Shown here in pieces: positions 41,401 through 53,367 of a stretch of DNA of 64,000 bases. How positions within the stretch are numbered: position 1 is the first letter of the stretch; each line of letters begins with the position of its first letter. A program made the position numbers and the translations under genes. This DNA is from Tubiluchus corallicola (lineage: Eukaryota; Animalia; Priapulida): assembly GCA_030141605.1 (NCBI GenBank), contig JAQGDQ010000026.1, positions 1 to 64,000 of the forward strand, given 5' to 3'. The notes under the pieces are model-generated. The model saw only the letters and a program-made list of their open reading frames with translations, was not told where the DNA came from and made no database searches.

Positions 41401-44400
41401 ACAGTTTTTGAACCTCCTGAACCAGCAGATGCTTCTGCCCAACTTTTATAGAATCTGCTTTCAGTCACAACATCAAGCTGTAAGAGGACAAAAATGACTA
41501 TGTTCACTGCATAATGCACTGTTTTAAAAATTTAATCAAACGTTACAAAGTCAAATTTCGATAATCACCTACTTTTACATACCTCTGCTACAAGAGGGTT
41601 TTATATCAATTAAATTTAAAATGCATACAGGTACATAATGACTATAGTTACCTAAAAATACCTTAAAAAACACAGTCAAACTGCTACACATCTCTAGCCA
41701 ATGCAACTAAACTCCCAATCAGTTAGTAAAGAGTGGAACAGTGAATATGAAGTTAGTGGCCTTACAAAAGTAAATCACAAAACATTAAAGTAGTTCTAGA
41801 AATACCACTTGATTAACCAATTACCTACTTGAACGGGAACTAATTCGTCATAACCACGTGTGCTTCCAGTGGCGCAGCAAGCCATGGATACTAAAGCTGC
41901 ACTAGGTAACAAGTCATACACAGAGCGCACCTGTAAAAAATAATTATAGTGTCAGTGCAAAAAACTAACCATTGTAGGAAACAAAACAGAATAATAGAAA
42001 AGAGAATAGGTAAATGAAAAATATGCACACAAGCCCATCTTTCTCATTAACATGAAGGCACTTGCACACTTGACTCAATGTAAGTAAAAGCAAGCACAAC
42101 ATTGACATAAGAAATACACAAATGCAATAGTATTTTAATTTCTTATAATAAAATTATTCTGACCATTTGACCTTTCCAATCTTCAACCAACAGCACTAGA
42201 CAGTTGCAATATGTTTTCAAAGAAATCGTAAGGAAAGAGTGCTTTGATGCGTGACCCAAATTTTAAGATGCATTAAACAAAATTAAGGATTAATTGAGAG
42301 TACAGAATCACACAACTCACGTATGAAAATTAATCAGAGTCAGAGTAATGGTAGTCAAGACTTATAATAACATATGTTCAGCAATATCCTGAATTAGCAC
42401 TAAAATAATAATGTAAAAATAAATACCGTCACACTAGATACTTATCTACAAGTGGCGTGACAGCAATGATAACAATGCTTTTGAAAAGGCAGTAAGGCAA
42501 AAACAAAACCTGTACCGAGGTGAGCACCATTTCGGGATAAATTTTTAAAAATATGGTAATGGACTCAAGTTTTTATACCTGAACTGGACATTTGTTATCG
42601 TGTGTCTGGTCAAGAAACAGTGCATGAGCAATACTCGGTGTAAAAGGTCTTGCAGTGGGCTGGATGAATGCACCAACCGACTCACCGCCATACCGATATA
42701 CTAATCTACCTAGTTCATGAGAATCCCAAGCTGACATTGCCTCTAAAATGAACATCAAACAAGAAGTTAGAACAATAAATAACAAAATTTACTTGTCATA
42801 TTGTGGACCATTTGCCATTCAAAATTAAATATATGTAAATAACTAAACAAATAATAAATTACTTACAACATTAGTATCAAAATTATTACTAACAATAGTA
42901 CAAGCCCACAATTAATTGAATTTTGAAAACTTGAAAATCAAGAAATATGAAAGGCTAGAATTCACTGATAAATTGCTTACACTACAGCTATTCTGACTAA
43001 TCAGATCAATCTTAATTTTTGATTAACTATAAGCATGAAATTCCTTGCTCGAAATGAAATGCAGGCCGCATTTCAACTTTTCACATTTCCAGTTTTTCAA
43101 GTTTGATTTCATAATTAAATTAAGGGTGGGGTTATACCATCAAAAGAAACACAATGTAGCGAGCAGAAAATTTAGAACACTCGACATTTCACAACGATAG
43201 AAAAAAATCACAAATTTCTATTTTTTTACTATACCTCTTATCAGCGAAGTGATACCAAGTCGATTAACAAAGATGTTATCTTTGAGCTCACTTGATGTAA
43301 AAAGCTCAGCAACGACATACAAATCCGGTCGTACCTTACGAGCGGCATCAAGAAGATACTGCAGAAAATATGTTTGCAAATGAGAAATCTTGGTACAAAC
43401 TGCATATAAAATAAAACTCAAAAGAAAACAATGAAATCAGTATAAAACATACTATTATAACGGCATATTCTAAATGCAACTAACAAGAAAGCATGAAACA
43501 AACAATGGCTGAAGTTTACAATTCCCACACACAAAAAAATAGTTGGTGAAGCAGATTAAGGTTAAGGTTAGGGTTGGGGCTAAGGTTAGGGTTAAGGTTA
43601 GGATATGCAAAATTTAAATTGTGTGGGGAATTGAAAATCTTTCCCAAACAACAATTAAAACAAATTAAAAGACTAATTATAGACCAATGGCAGCTTACCT
43701 CCCCAACATGTATTGGTGTACTGTGACAGTTATCAAGGCGAAGCCCATGAAAAAACCTTGCAGAATCTTCGACATACTTCTTCATGTGTGCCCAAAGACG
43801 AGGATTATCTTCTGGTCCATTGCCATATTTCAACTACATTAAAAAAATTACTGTTATAATTTTCTTCAAGTGAATTAATGTAACTTTATATCGTAATTAC
43901 ATTTCAGCTAGGATCATTACACATCAACAAAAAGATCCACCCAACAAAAAGTACCATCATGTAGAGATTAGGTCGTTATTATATAACAAAAACCCTACAT
44001 GTATATCTAAAAACAGAAGCAAATCTGTTCAAAATATACCTTTACACTGTCACCCCATGAAATGAGCTCACGACACAGGTATACCATGCTTGGTGGTTCG
44101 GCGAAGTTACGCAGAGGATCATCATTCATTACCCAACCGTTGTGAGCCATAATGTATGCAGCTTTGTCTGTGTTCATCAATTCTTCATCATCCGCTAAGC
44201 AAGTATCTTTAACAGGGTGAGTGAAATACCTGCAGAAAAATGCAAGCAGTTAAGAGAAAGAAAGTAGAAAGTCAAGCGATAAACACCAGAAATGTTAAAA
44301 TTGAAAGTGAATTTATTAACTCTGAGACTACCAAAGAATTTTTGTGTTACGAAAAACACCAAGCGGGATAATAAATAACCCCATGAAAGTTTTGCTTAGT

Positions 44401-47400
44401 ATGCGTTACTAACTGAATAGAATGGCCATCTGGCAATCGAGGTGCTCCTGGTAGTGCAACCAAGATTCTGTGGCAGGTTGGTATAGATATATGAGGCACC
44501 AAGGATAAAAAGAGGTGATCCACATTTGCACTATATTGTTTGTGCATCGTTTATCAAATCTTGTAACACATCTTTTGAAAGGTTAATAATGTTCACTGTT
44601 TAATTCTAAGACATCCAATTCATCTTTACATATTGGATCTTTTAACATTTCATCTGCATCAGCTTCAAGCTAAGCCCCATGTACAGCCAAAGTTCCCTTT
44701 ATATTACTAAATGAAGAATGTCCACAAATATGATTTTTCATCTACAATTGGAGGTTTGCAGCACTTCTCAGTTGTCAAGGTAAACATATAGTGCTGCCAG
44801 AAAGAAAAATACTAAAATGCAAACTCCAAAATTTTGCCTACATAAAAGAAAAATAAAAGTAATAAGTTACCCCACATCAGGTAGTATCTGTCACTCGTGC
44901 TTTGTAAAAAAGCATGAATATTAGTTTTCAACAAAACGAAAATATTATTGCATAACAAATTGAAAAATATTTCATCACTACTAGTTTGATAGTTTAAAGT
45001 CACAGATTTTTATAAAACATATTATTTCATGCTTTTTAACAAAATACAAATTAACAGCTAAAAACTCGCAAACTACTTCCTGGTTTTAACCACAAAATTT
45101 TACTACCAACTGAATTATAGTTGCTAAACTAAAAATGAAAATAAAGTTTTTAATAACATGATATAAAATTATCGAGATATATTTACTGATCTGAGATTGG
45201 TGTGTCTGTAGTGACTGCCTTCCATTTTGGACCATCGGCCTGTATTCGAAAATACATTTGTCCAGCAAGTACACAATTCACGGCTTGCTTCAAGTGAGCA
45301 TCACAGAGGTGTTTGGCTTCTCTATTAAGCTCAGCCAGCTCTGCTCTGAAATCTGCACAACACAGTACAACCCTAAAATTTAATAAATATCATTATTACA
45401 CAGGAATATGACTGTAGAGATTCTCTTTAACATTTCCATGTACCGCGGAAATGTAACACGTCAATATAAGATGCAAAAAAACTAAACGTAAAGATAAGAG
45501 AAGACCTAACATCACCTATCAGTTCCAATGCCCATATCCCCTCTATCAACATTGAAAAGCCGCATTGCCATTTCCATGTCAACAGTTGAGCCATAGCGCA
45601 CATACAGAGGATCTTGTACGATCTTGAGTTTATCTCCCAGCTTTGGCTTTTTTGAGCATATGCCCATTTCTGAAGAGATAAGTGTTACATCAATTAAACT
45701 GTTATAAAAATAAAAAAGATCGAAAATGCCAGTGTAATACAACCTTGAAGTGAAAAGTTTTTTATTTCCTGTCCAGATATGCCACAAGAGAATGAGAACT
45801 AAACATGCATTATACAGACCTTCCTACTCACTGAAACCTGTGTGCACATTCATTTTGAAGGAAGTTGCAAGAAAAACTGGTTTAGTAAAGCCCTAGCATT
45901 AAACTACCCATACAGACCCATTCACTAATTCATTAAGTGTATGTGGCCCATTTAACAAGCAGATCTGTTAGTTTTCGTTCTTAATCATATTGTATTAAAC
46001 ACCCTTGACAAAAACTCCACTGTGCCAAGTTTCAGCTCTGTATGTGCAATAATTGGGAAAGAGATAAAGAGATAAATCAGCAATAAAGAGAAAGACATAT
46101 GCACGCACACTCACATTCACAAAACTCGTAATCTTCTATAATAACATGATGATTTAGAAGCACTTATGAAATAGTAAAATTAGAATAACTTGAGTAAGTC
46201 AAGTTAACGTCTTAAAACAATTTAATTATATAATGATATATTCTGAAAATTGTTTACAGAAAGGATATGAATGATAAATGGAAGAAAGCTGCGACTAAAA
46301 TATATTATTAAGTAGTCAGAAGATGGTTTCAAAAATAAAGTGCGGATTAAGCAGATGCATCAAAATGTATAAGAGAAATGTGAGGACAACAGGACTTACC
46401 CATGGCTTGGTCTCTAAACTGTTCCACTAATTCCTCAATATCAAGCATGTAAAATTCCTCTATCTTTGCTCGAGGTATGATGTGAGTTTCCAAAATTGAC
46501 CGCATTTTCTGGGAATTAAAAACAACAGAAAAACGTTAGAAAAAAGTTGAACATTTTATTGTTTCAAATGGGCAATGCAGACACTGCAGAGTACTGCTTT
46601 TTCATCTGCCAGTTAACTGCCAGCTCCATCAATAGTCAGTACAACACATTACAATTATGTTTAAAATTATTTCAATAAAGATCCTTGAAAATGTATCAAA
46701 ATCAATGTAAAAATGATCAACATAAAAATCAGAAGGTATAACTATAAGCAATTGTATGTAAAAATAACTAGTTTAGGAAGCAAATGTTACTCTATTTACT
46801 CTATACTGATTACTCTATTTAGGATGTAAACAGGTTGTTCCCTTGGTTGATCAGATGGTAATTATAATGCACCTGACTTGTAGTTTTCTTATGGCTGGTG
46901 TTATGATTGGATTATACAGTGTTTTCCTTCATCTTACATAAAAAAATTCCTGTGGAAGATAGTATAGAGCATCCGTAGGAACTTACAACTATACAATGCT
47001 ATGCTATCTTGTACTAAACCACATCACCCTTGTCAAGGATTCCCGTGATTGAGTTCAACTCTGCTGCTAGACTTTTATTTTTATTTTTATTTTGTCAGAT
47101 TTCACAGGCGTCGGATCTGTTCACCTGTGTGTTGCCTTTTGACTCGAGTCAAACTTGCCTACTCCAAATTCTTCCGTAAAGATACGGCATCCGTCAATTC
47201 CGTGGGAACTGGATTTCTCCAAACCCAACAAAACTTGCCTTTTCGATACCGTAAAGGTACGGTATCCACCGGCTCCTCATAGAGTAGTTGGATTTCCCCT
47301 AGGTATAAACCTTTCACACGTTTTGATGTAGGAACTCGAGTGGTAACATCCTGAGCAGGAGATGACCTAGGTCGCCCTCCTTTGCCTTCCCAGGAACTTT

Positions 47401-50400
47401 CTAAACACCATACATCAGCCTCTAATCGCCGAGCGGACTAGTTTGGCTCTGACGTTCAGAAGACCGAGTGTCTTCAGGAGAACGTCGTTCTCTCCTCCTG
47501 TCCATTCCCCACGAAAGCCCACACAGATGCCGTGCGAAGAGGCAGTGGCAGAGCCGCACCGCTGTTTGACGGCATCGAGGATAGAGAATTACAGTATTGC
47601 AAACTAGTTTATTCCGGTTTCTACAACCTTTGCAAATCTACCTGGAGTCGTTCAGGCTGTAATTTTAGATTAGGTTAACCTTGAATTATTTATATGGGCT
47701 TCATTCTAAAGTTATAAATTTCATCATCACCTTTGTATAGGTGACCATTTGACGTTTGCTATTCCGATAAGCAAACGTCATATGATCCGTCTAACATGTT
47801 AGGTTATTTTTCCCTTTTTAACAGTTTTCTATTGTTATGTGCTGATTTGTGCGTTGTGCTTATTGCATTAACTATGTGATAAAGTGATTGATAATATATG
47901 ATTGGTTGTTCTGAGTTCTAGTTAATGTTAGTGCTGTGATAAAAAGTAAAAATGTAAATGTGCCAAATCATGTTAAGTTACAATAAATTATATTTTGGGT
48001 GGCCACTCTTTTAATCAAATAGCTGTGAGGTTTTCTTACAAAGTCACAAATTAATCTAAATTACATATTTCAATAACAGCAAAACATTTTAATTAACAAC
48101 TCGTAGACATAAGCGTTATGCATCTTTTTCTACAAAAACAACAAATTAGACTATATATATTTCCACGCATTTGTTTGAATTCTAATTAACAATAAATTTA
48201 AAACCAGGCCGATATCTCTCCCGCAAACTTCTGAAAAAAGAGCATTTTTCACAACTCCATTATATTCAAGTGTTTATACTGTAGTGGCGTAGCAAGCGTT
48301 TGTAGCCTTTTTTCCAGGTTGTACGTAGTAATTAAGTCAGCTGAGATGATCTCTGGCAAGGCAGTTTTGTTGTAGTTTGAAAACCTTTGTTAATTGTTTT
48401 GTTAATGTCAGATTAGTAATTAAAAATTTAACAGTTATTAAACTCTAGAAGAATTTTGCACACTGTCACGCTTGCGTGCAGGGAATATTATCTCCTATAG
48501 CCCCCTTTGCTACGCCTCTGTTGTACTGTCATTGATATATTAGTTACAAAATTTTGCATTAGCTAGCATATATATATGTAACAGCTAATACTCACCATTA
48601 TATGGGCTTCACTGGTAATATTCTGAGCAGTCAAACCGTCCATTTCCCACTTGCCAGCCATAATTTCTTTAGTAAAGTGCCATAAAGATCGATCAAGAAG
48701 ATAAGCCGGACGCAAATGAGGAGAGTTCACGAGATTATAAGCGCACTCTGGAGCCTCCATTAACCAAGGACTTTCATTAGCAGAATGATTTAAAACAATG
48801 TCACATATAGACAACACCTGTGGGAAAGTAAAGTGGTATACAGTCAGTGTCAGTCTTAACACACAGGGCTGTGTGTTAACCTTAGTCTACCTCATTTCTT
48901 GAATTTGAGAAGAAAATGCTACTATGGTAAGGCAGCAGGTTTTTAATTCCGATAATTTTTTACTTTCTATTGTGAACTCTGATGTGTATTTAAAATCTAA
49001 TTTTTTAAATTGTGGATTAATGTCTTAACTTCTTGATGACATTTTAAATTTTAAATGATTTTAGTCACATTTTGATTATAGTAATTTTTAGTATTTTTAG
49101 TTTTAGGCAGTGTAAATTTTAATTGTATGTTTTTATGCAGAAATAATAATAATCAATCGATCAAATTATATCTAACATTTACAGTCAATAAAACATAGCA
49201 TTAGGCTGAATACAATAATGGAGAGATAATTCCAAATAAAATCATTGGATTTTCAAAAACAGTGATTATTTCATACTATGATAAATATTTTACGACAAGT
49301 CTCTACATTTTGCAATTATTTGTAAAATGGTACTAATTCTCATACTTCAAAATTCTTGAAGAAATAAAACCTAGCACGAGTCTAAAGACCATTGACTGTT
49401 CCTACAATTACTTGACACCAGACCAGCGAATGATGGTTAACATCAGCTATTAAAATAAGCACTTCTTTATTCATGAAATTAAAAGTAAGTTTGGCTAATA
49501 AATCAAACACCTTCCACTCCGTTTTCATCTTATCCACAAGCCTTCCAACATCCTCCATATCTGTCTCTTCCTCTTTTTGTATGTAAGTAGAACCCAGACA
49601 CAGCTGATCCTTGATGCAGTAGGCAGAATTAGACTTGCCCAATTCTTGAACGGGTGTGAAATGAATGACACTGTAACCAGTTTCATATGAAACCCTAAGT
49701 CGATCTTCCCACTCACTGAATGGTCCAAGGCATTTGGACAGCACTGTCTGACACTGCAAAAAAAGACAGAATCATTTAAAAAATTATCATTTAATATGGC
49801 ACAGGTGCACCATAATACTCATCCACAAAATGATACCTTACAAGCTTATATATTCAAAATGATGGCCAAATGGTTGAGAAAATAGCAGTCAACAAAATAC
49901 CATGTGTCTACATATAAATTTGTGCATTTAGATGTTCATAAATGGATTCCATTTATCAACTACACATGCAAATTTACAAGAATTAAGAATGTTATTGTCT
50001 AAACTAAGTCTGTAACACAAACCTGGATACAATCAAGAGGAAGCTGTTCATCTTTGGGTCCGACCTTTAAGACGGGATCTATGAGAAAATACCCAGATCC
50101 ATTTGATTCTGTTTTTCCACTGAAAATAATCCACAATTAATTATTCAAGACGATAATAATTTTGGGACAAACAATAGGGTACAATCAGAATGTTTTGGAC
50201 TATTAGCAAATAGTAAATACAGCAAAGATTAAAGTATTGAGGTGTTTCAAATTATCGTAAGTCTGTTTTTTATTTAAATACTCGAGTAAGCTATGCTAAA
50301 CGTTAATAAAATGACAAAATACCATTTCAAAAAGAAATACATTTCTTGTTTTAAAAATCAAAAGTAACCAAAGACAGTTCAAGGTTCAATAACATGCTAG

Positions 50401-51774
50401 GATGATCACTTACAGCAGCTGCTCAAATTCAGTCCAAATCTGTCCGGGATCTGCCCAAGAGCTATCCAATATGATAGAACACAAAAAATCTAATATTATG
50501 GGATCTTATTAGTTACTTGATAGTTACAAGGATTAAGTACTCACATTAAATATCAGCCATATTATAAATTATCAAACATGCTGCTGTGACAGCATATTGC
50601 AGGAGTGGTTAGAGTTAGTTTGGAGGTAAACTGTTTAGACTTTAGCTGTAACGTCTGTTATCAGCCACCATATCTTTGTTTTGATCATACATTTCCTCCC
50701 AAAACACTAGCTTTTTGGATCCAAAGTAAGATGCTATAGGACTTTAATGAACCAGTTTTACAGAATCAGTTTTTTGATAGTAAAGTAAGCCTATGAAGTG
50801 CCAAAACCAACAAAAGTCAGAACGGAGCATGCTTGTATGAAGATAATATTGCAAACATCGCTCTACAACGGTGCCAAAAGTTGTGATGTTATAAAATAAA
50901 TGCACTTGTAAGTTTTGGTTTTACGTCAACAATTATAATTTGAAAACATGCTATAAAAACACTACAGCTACACAAACATCAACACCCTAAAAACAAAACA
51001 AGCACTTTAAAATGAATAAATAAACTTTTGTAAAGTTAACTCGCACACAGCATGAACTACAAATCTACAAAATATTATACCTTTCTTCGCACACGAAGAA
51101 ATAATTAAATGAGCCAGCAACCAGGCAGCAAATTTCAGCATAAATATCCGAATCATCTCCACACGTGCTGCTCGCCTGCTGCCAGGGTAATTCCCTGTAT
51201 TCGCCTCGACCAAATGGAACGTCCACGGATGGAGGATGATTTGTAAAGATGTGAACAGTTTTTCCCAGCAGAGATGGGCCTAACGTGAAGTGTAGTATCC
51301 AGCCTACATACATAATACAAATTTATTACTTACAAGACAAGATTCAAAAGACAGATATTTAAACCTAAAAAGAAAACAGCACCTAACTTCAGACCATAAA
51401 CATATACAGTAAATAAATGTGAAAAAAGGCATAAATTTCCTCAATGACAGTATGCCACCTCAGCAGTTATGCATGTATATTCAACTTTGTGGCTACATGA
51501 CAAAACATAGCTTGTCTAAAACATAGAAGAATGACTTATAGACTTGTACATCTGAGTGACATCATCAGTATGATGAAGTAACAGGCCCAGTTCTATTCCT
51601 AATCTGCACAGTAGCACTACTACTGTACTAGTTTAGTTATTTAGAGAAATTAAATATGTTTTGATTTCAGAACTTGCGATTACCCTTTTCTAGCCGGTAA
51701 ACTGTGCTTTCACTATGAACACCCGCATTGAGCCGTAAAATTCTCAGATGACTAGGCTGATCTTTTGTGCCCAT
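26462..51774 (-). CDS. AGL: Glycogen debranching enzyme (4-alpha-glucanotransferase / amylo-alpha-1,6-glucosidase), 30 coding exons
   Basis: Exons approx 51774-51684, 51303-51081, 50119-50023, 49753-49511, 48817-48596, 46508-46400, 45669-45516, 45372-45187, 44229-44040, 43833-43699, 43358-43235, 42742-42579, 41930-41829, 41477-41319, 40690-40540, 40139-39914, 39146-38881, 38655-38522, 37760-37627, 36629-36448, 36309-36207, 35404-35281, 34716-34615, 31218-31107, 30710-30575, 30095-29983, 28221-28082, 27676-27507, 27364-27277, 26734-26462. Catalytic motifs present: [18 protein letters not shown] (transferase); [27 protein letters not shown] (glucosidase). Confidence 0.97.
28276..29273. mobile_element. 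pogo/Tigger-like (Tc1/mariner superfamily) non-autonomous element in an AGL intron
   Basis: TA-flanked TIRs cagtgagtgtagtttaatagactca vs reverse complement cagtaggcgctgcttaatagactta; repeated ttaat(a/t)gactca subterminal motifs. Confidence 0.75.
30752..31151. repeat. Near-perfect 194-bp tandem duplication (30752-30945 / 30958-31151) spanning an AGL exon 3' end and its donor site
   Basis: Direct comparison shows only a few substitutions; 12-bp AT spacer. Confidence 0.95.
31257..31409. repeat. (GAGAGG)n/(GA)n polypurine microsatellite
   Basis: Directly visible; produces the spurious GE-repeat and LP-repeat ORFs. Confidence 0.97.
31984..32943 (+). CDS. Intronless rhodopsin-like (class A) GPCR, orphan, nested antisense in AGL intron 31219-34614
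   Basis: 319-aa ORF with seven hydrophobic segments; TM1 Asn (GASVN), TM2 L.ITD, AERY (DRY equivalent), basic ICL3, TM6 FFLTWF, TM7 LNPLMY (NPxxY). Confidence 0.9.
   Translation: MYHIIMDSKQNFCYADVIQNSSNTSSAKPVVYVERFCLENFIVALLEICTEILGASVNMFLAIALLKYTPVKHISNYMLMALLITDTLLALDGLLTSVCNILNVDTVYCISFMFYHIIVAQSFINVTVLAAERYMSVVYPIWHKTKLTSRILLYVFLATSAYSSLFAVPFIMELVNCKQCLYPFRKLHAALIYWVSIAVEVILVTLAYLRICVTVRKQSKRFGQIKQSNMAVIKRQQEAKTTRAVSRVLILFFLTWFLVLIINYILQDEKYVSSCIRRIVGGSLIILNSILNPLMYGMGTENNKTAILKLLSACMFWKN
33354..34030 (-). mobile_element. CR1/L2-group LINE 3' fragment
   Basis: HPYLGITIS...[33 protein letters not shown] and [11 protein letters not shown] motifs, frameshifted. Confidence 0.88.
34815..34892. 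repeat. Imperfect (TCA)n microsatellite
   Basis: Directly visible. Confidence 0.9.
36670..37090 (-). mobile_element. Old LINE (L2/CR1-like) 3' end remnant
   Basis: (gtaa)n tail followed by tttatttc on + strand, i.e. a polyA signal plus short-repeat tail on the minus strand; decayed coding-like sequence upstream. Confidence 0.4.
37158..37230 (+). mobile_element. tRNA-derived SINE head remnant
   Basis: Pol III B-box ggttcgaatc preceded by an A-box-like tagctcaa; no complete cloverleaf. Confidence 0.45.
38165..38222 (+). repeat. 5S rRNA-like fragment (SINE3-type or pseudogene remnant)
   Basis: aagttacgcag..gggcctggttagta..catgga resembles the 5S internal control region aagctaagcagggtcgggcctggttagtacttggatggg. 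Confidence 0.45.
40255..40395 (-). mobile_element. tRNA-related SINE remnant
   Basis: cagtaccatttt...ttggtatgactcggtcaggagttgaacc contains a minus-strand B-box (ggttcaactcc) and resembles common invertebrate SINE bodies. Confidence 0.45.
43519..43633. repeat. Telomere-like TTAGGG/TTAAGG tract enclosed by a ~15-bp inverted repeat
   Basis: ttaaggttaaggttagggttggggctaaggttagggttaaggttagg (43556-43602), flanked by caattcccacacacaa and ttgtgtggggaattg. Confidence 0.8.
45780..46155. mobile_element. Possible Helitron/Helentron-associated non-autonomous element remnant
   Basis: gtgccaagtttcagctc motif, purine/CA-rich internal microsatellite and ctataataacatgat end resemble DINE/HINE architecture (recalled pattern only). 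Confidence 0.3.
48282..48520. mobile_element. hAT-type MITE
   Basis: TIRs tagtggcgtagcaa / ttgctacgcctctg; 8-bp TSD ttatactg vs ttgtactg (7/8). Confidence 0.8.
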
Positions 51775-51910
51775 GACTGAATCTGCAATAAACAAACAAA
51801 AAAGTTCTATGAGCTCCAACAAAGAAGCTAGGACACTTGTCTGTTCAAAAACAACTAAGCCAACCTGAGCCAGCGACCATGTAAAAACTATGATGGAACC
51901 CCTGTCTTAC

Positions 51911-51944
51911 CTATCTGGAGACCTCTTTTGAAACCATTAGTCAT
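51911..51944 (-). CDS. AGL: Candidate upstream AGL coding exon (MTNGFKRGLQI, phase 1)
   Basis: ATG at 51944 and consensus donor AG|GTAAGA; a 128-bp intron to the acceptor at 51782 reads in frame as ...QI-DSV-MGTK. Confidence 0.5.
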
Positions 51945-53278
51945 TTTCTAATTAGCTACACTTTATACCACCAGGCTCGAAATATCTTTCTAAACAAACT
52001 CTGTACAATTCCTTATAATATTAAAATTCATAATCTGTTAATCTGTCAGTAAATGAACTCGTTCATCTGCTTCTTCATGGCAATCAACATCTACACATAA
52101 CTGTTAAAACTTAAGTACTTAAGCTTGTACAGAAACTTATCTTTCTTACCAAGTGCTTCTAACAATTGTATTAGTTTATACAGTAATATAATTGTTATTC
52201 TCTGCATTACGCTATATATGTACCTATAATAAATATAATCATACTGTAACGCTTCTACTGTTCGTTTATTGTCTGCACTCGTCTTAAGATATTGGCAAGA
52301 ATGTTTATCAGTTGTAAAACTGTCTGTTCAAGCCATATTACAAAAAAAAACTATGTTTAAACTAAAAACAATTAAAGTTAAAACTTAACTGCTGTAAAAT
52401 GAAGAATTACATTTCAATTCAAATATCCTTTAAAGTTACACAAAATAAATAAAAGTAAAGCAAGTTGGCGGATCGTGTTTGTAAATAAGGAGAGTGTTTC
52501 AAAAATCCCCCATTATTTTTAATAATAATATATATGTATATATATATATATATATAATATTTAGCAATTACAACAAGAATCAAGCTGGTAATTTGGCATA
52601 ATGAATGAGAATTTTAGTAGCACCAAACTTAGCTTCACTAGTCCACTGGAGCAATTTTAATTTATACCTCTGTACTATGCTGTTTTCTGTATATACTAAG
52701 CATGTACACCTTTGTTCTAGTCAGCAGAAGAAAATGGCACAAAGATTGAGGCATAAAACTTCAATATAAATGTGTACTGAGCAAGAGCTCACAACAAGCT
52801 AAAAGCCATTGGTCACTTACTAGACAGTTAGCTACAAAGAAAATTAAAAATTAATTTACTAAGGAACTTATCATACACAGTATATTTCATAAACTTATTT
52901 ACAGCAAACGTATTTCTACAAATTTTATAAATTAGTATCAACGTTGGCAAATAAAGGACGATTTTTAAAAAACAAGACCCTCAAAAGCTCATTGCCAATA
53001 AGAAAAAACAAAATATATATGAAAAACCTATAAATATATAACACAACTTTTTGAATCAGTAATTATTATAGTGTTCCATGCATTTTCTTGTTTGACCTCT
53101 TTTGATTTTGCAATTGCAATAATCAAGTCACATAAGTGACTGGCAAGCATTATTCGCTTAAATTTGGTAGCATTCGGCCTGCCAAAGCTTAATTTTTTGA
53201 AACATCCTTGGATAAATTTGGTTCATGTAACCACATATTAGGATATACTATTTTCACAATATTCCCTTATTCCTTACA

Positions 53279-53367
53279 CCTCTCTCTCTCTCTCTCACTC
53301 TCACACGCTCGCTCTCTCTCTCTCACTCTCACACACTCTCTCACACTCCCTCTCTCTCTCTCTCTCT
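53279..53367. repeat. (CT)n/(CA) microsatellite
   Basis: Directly visible. Confidence 0.95.

Noticed and set aside
43516-43698. NPNL repeat tail of ORF 43516..43833
   Set aside because: Read-through past an AGL donor into the telomere-like intronic repeat
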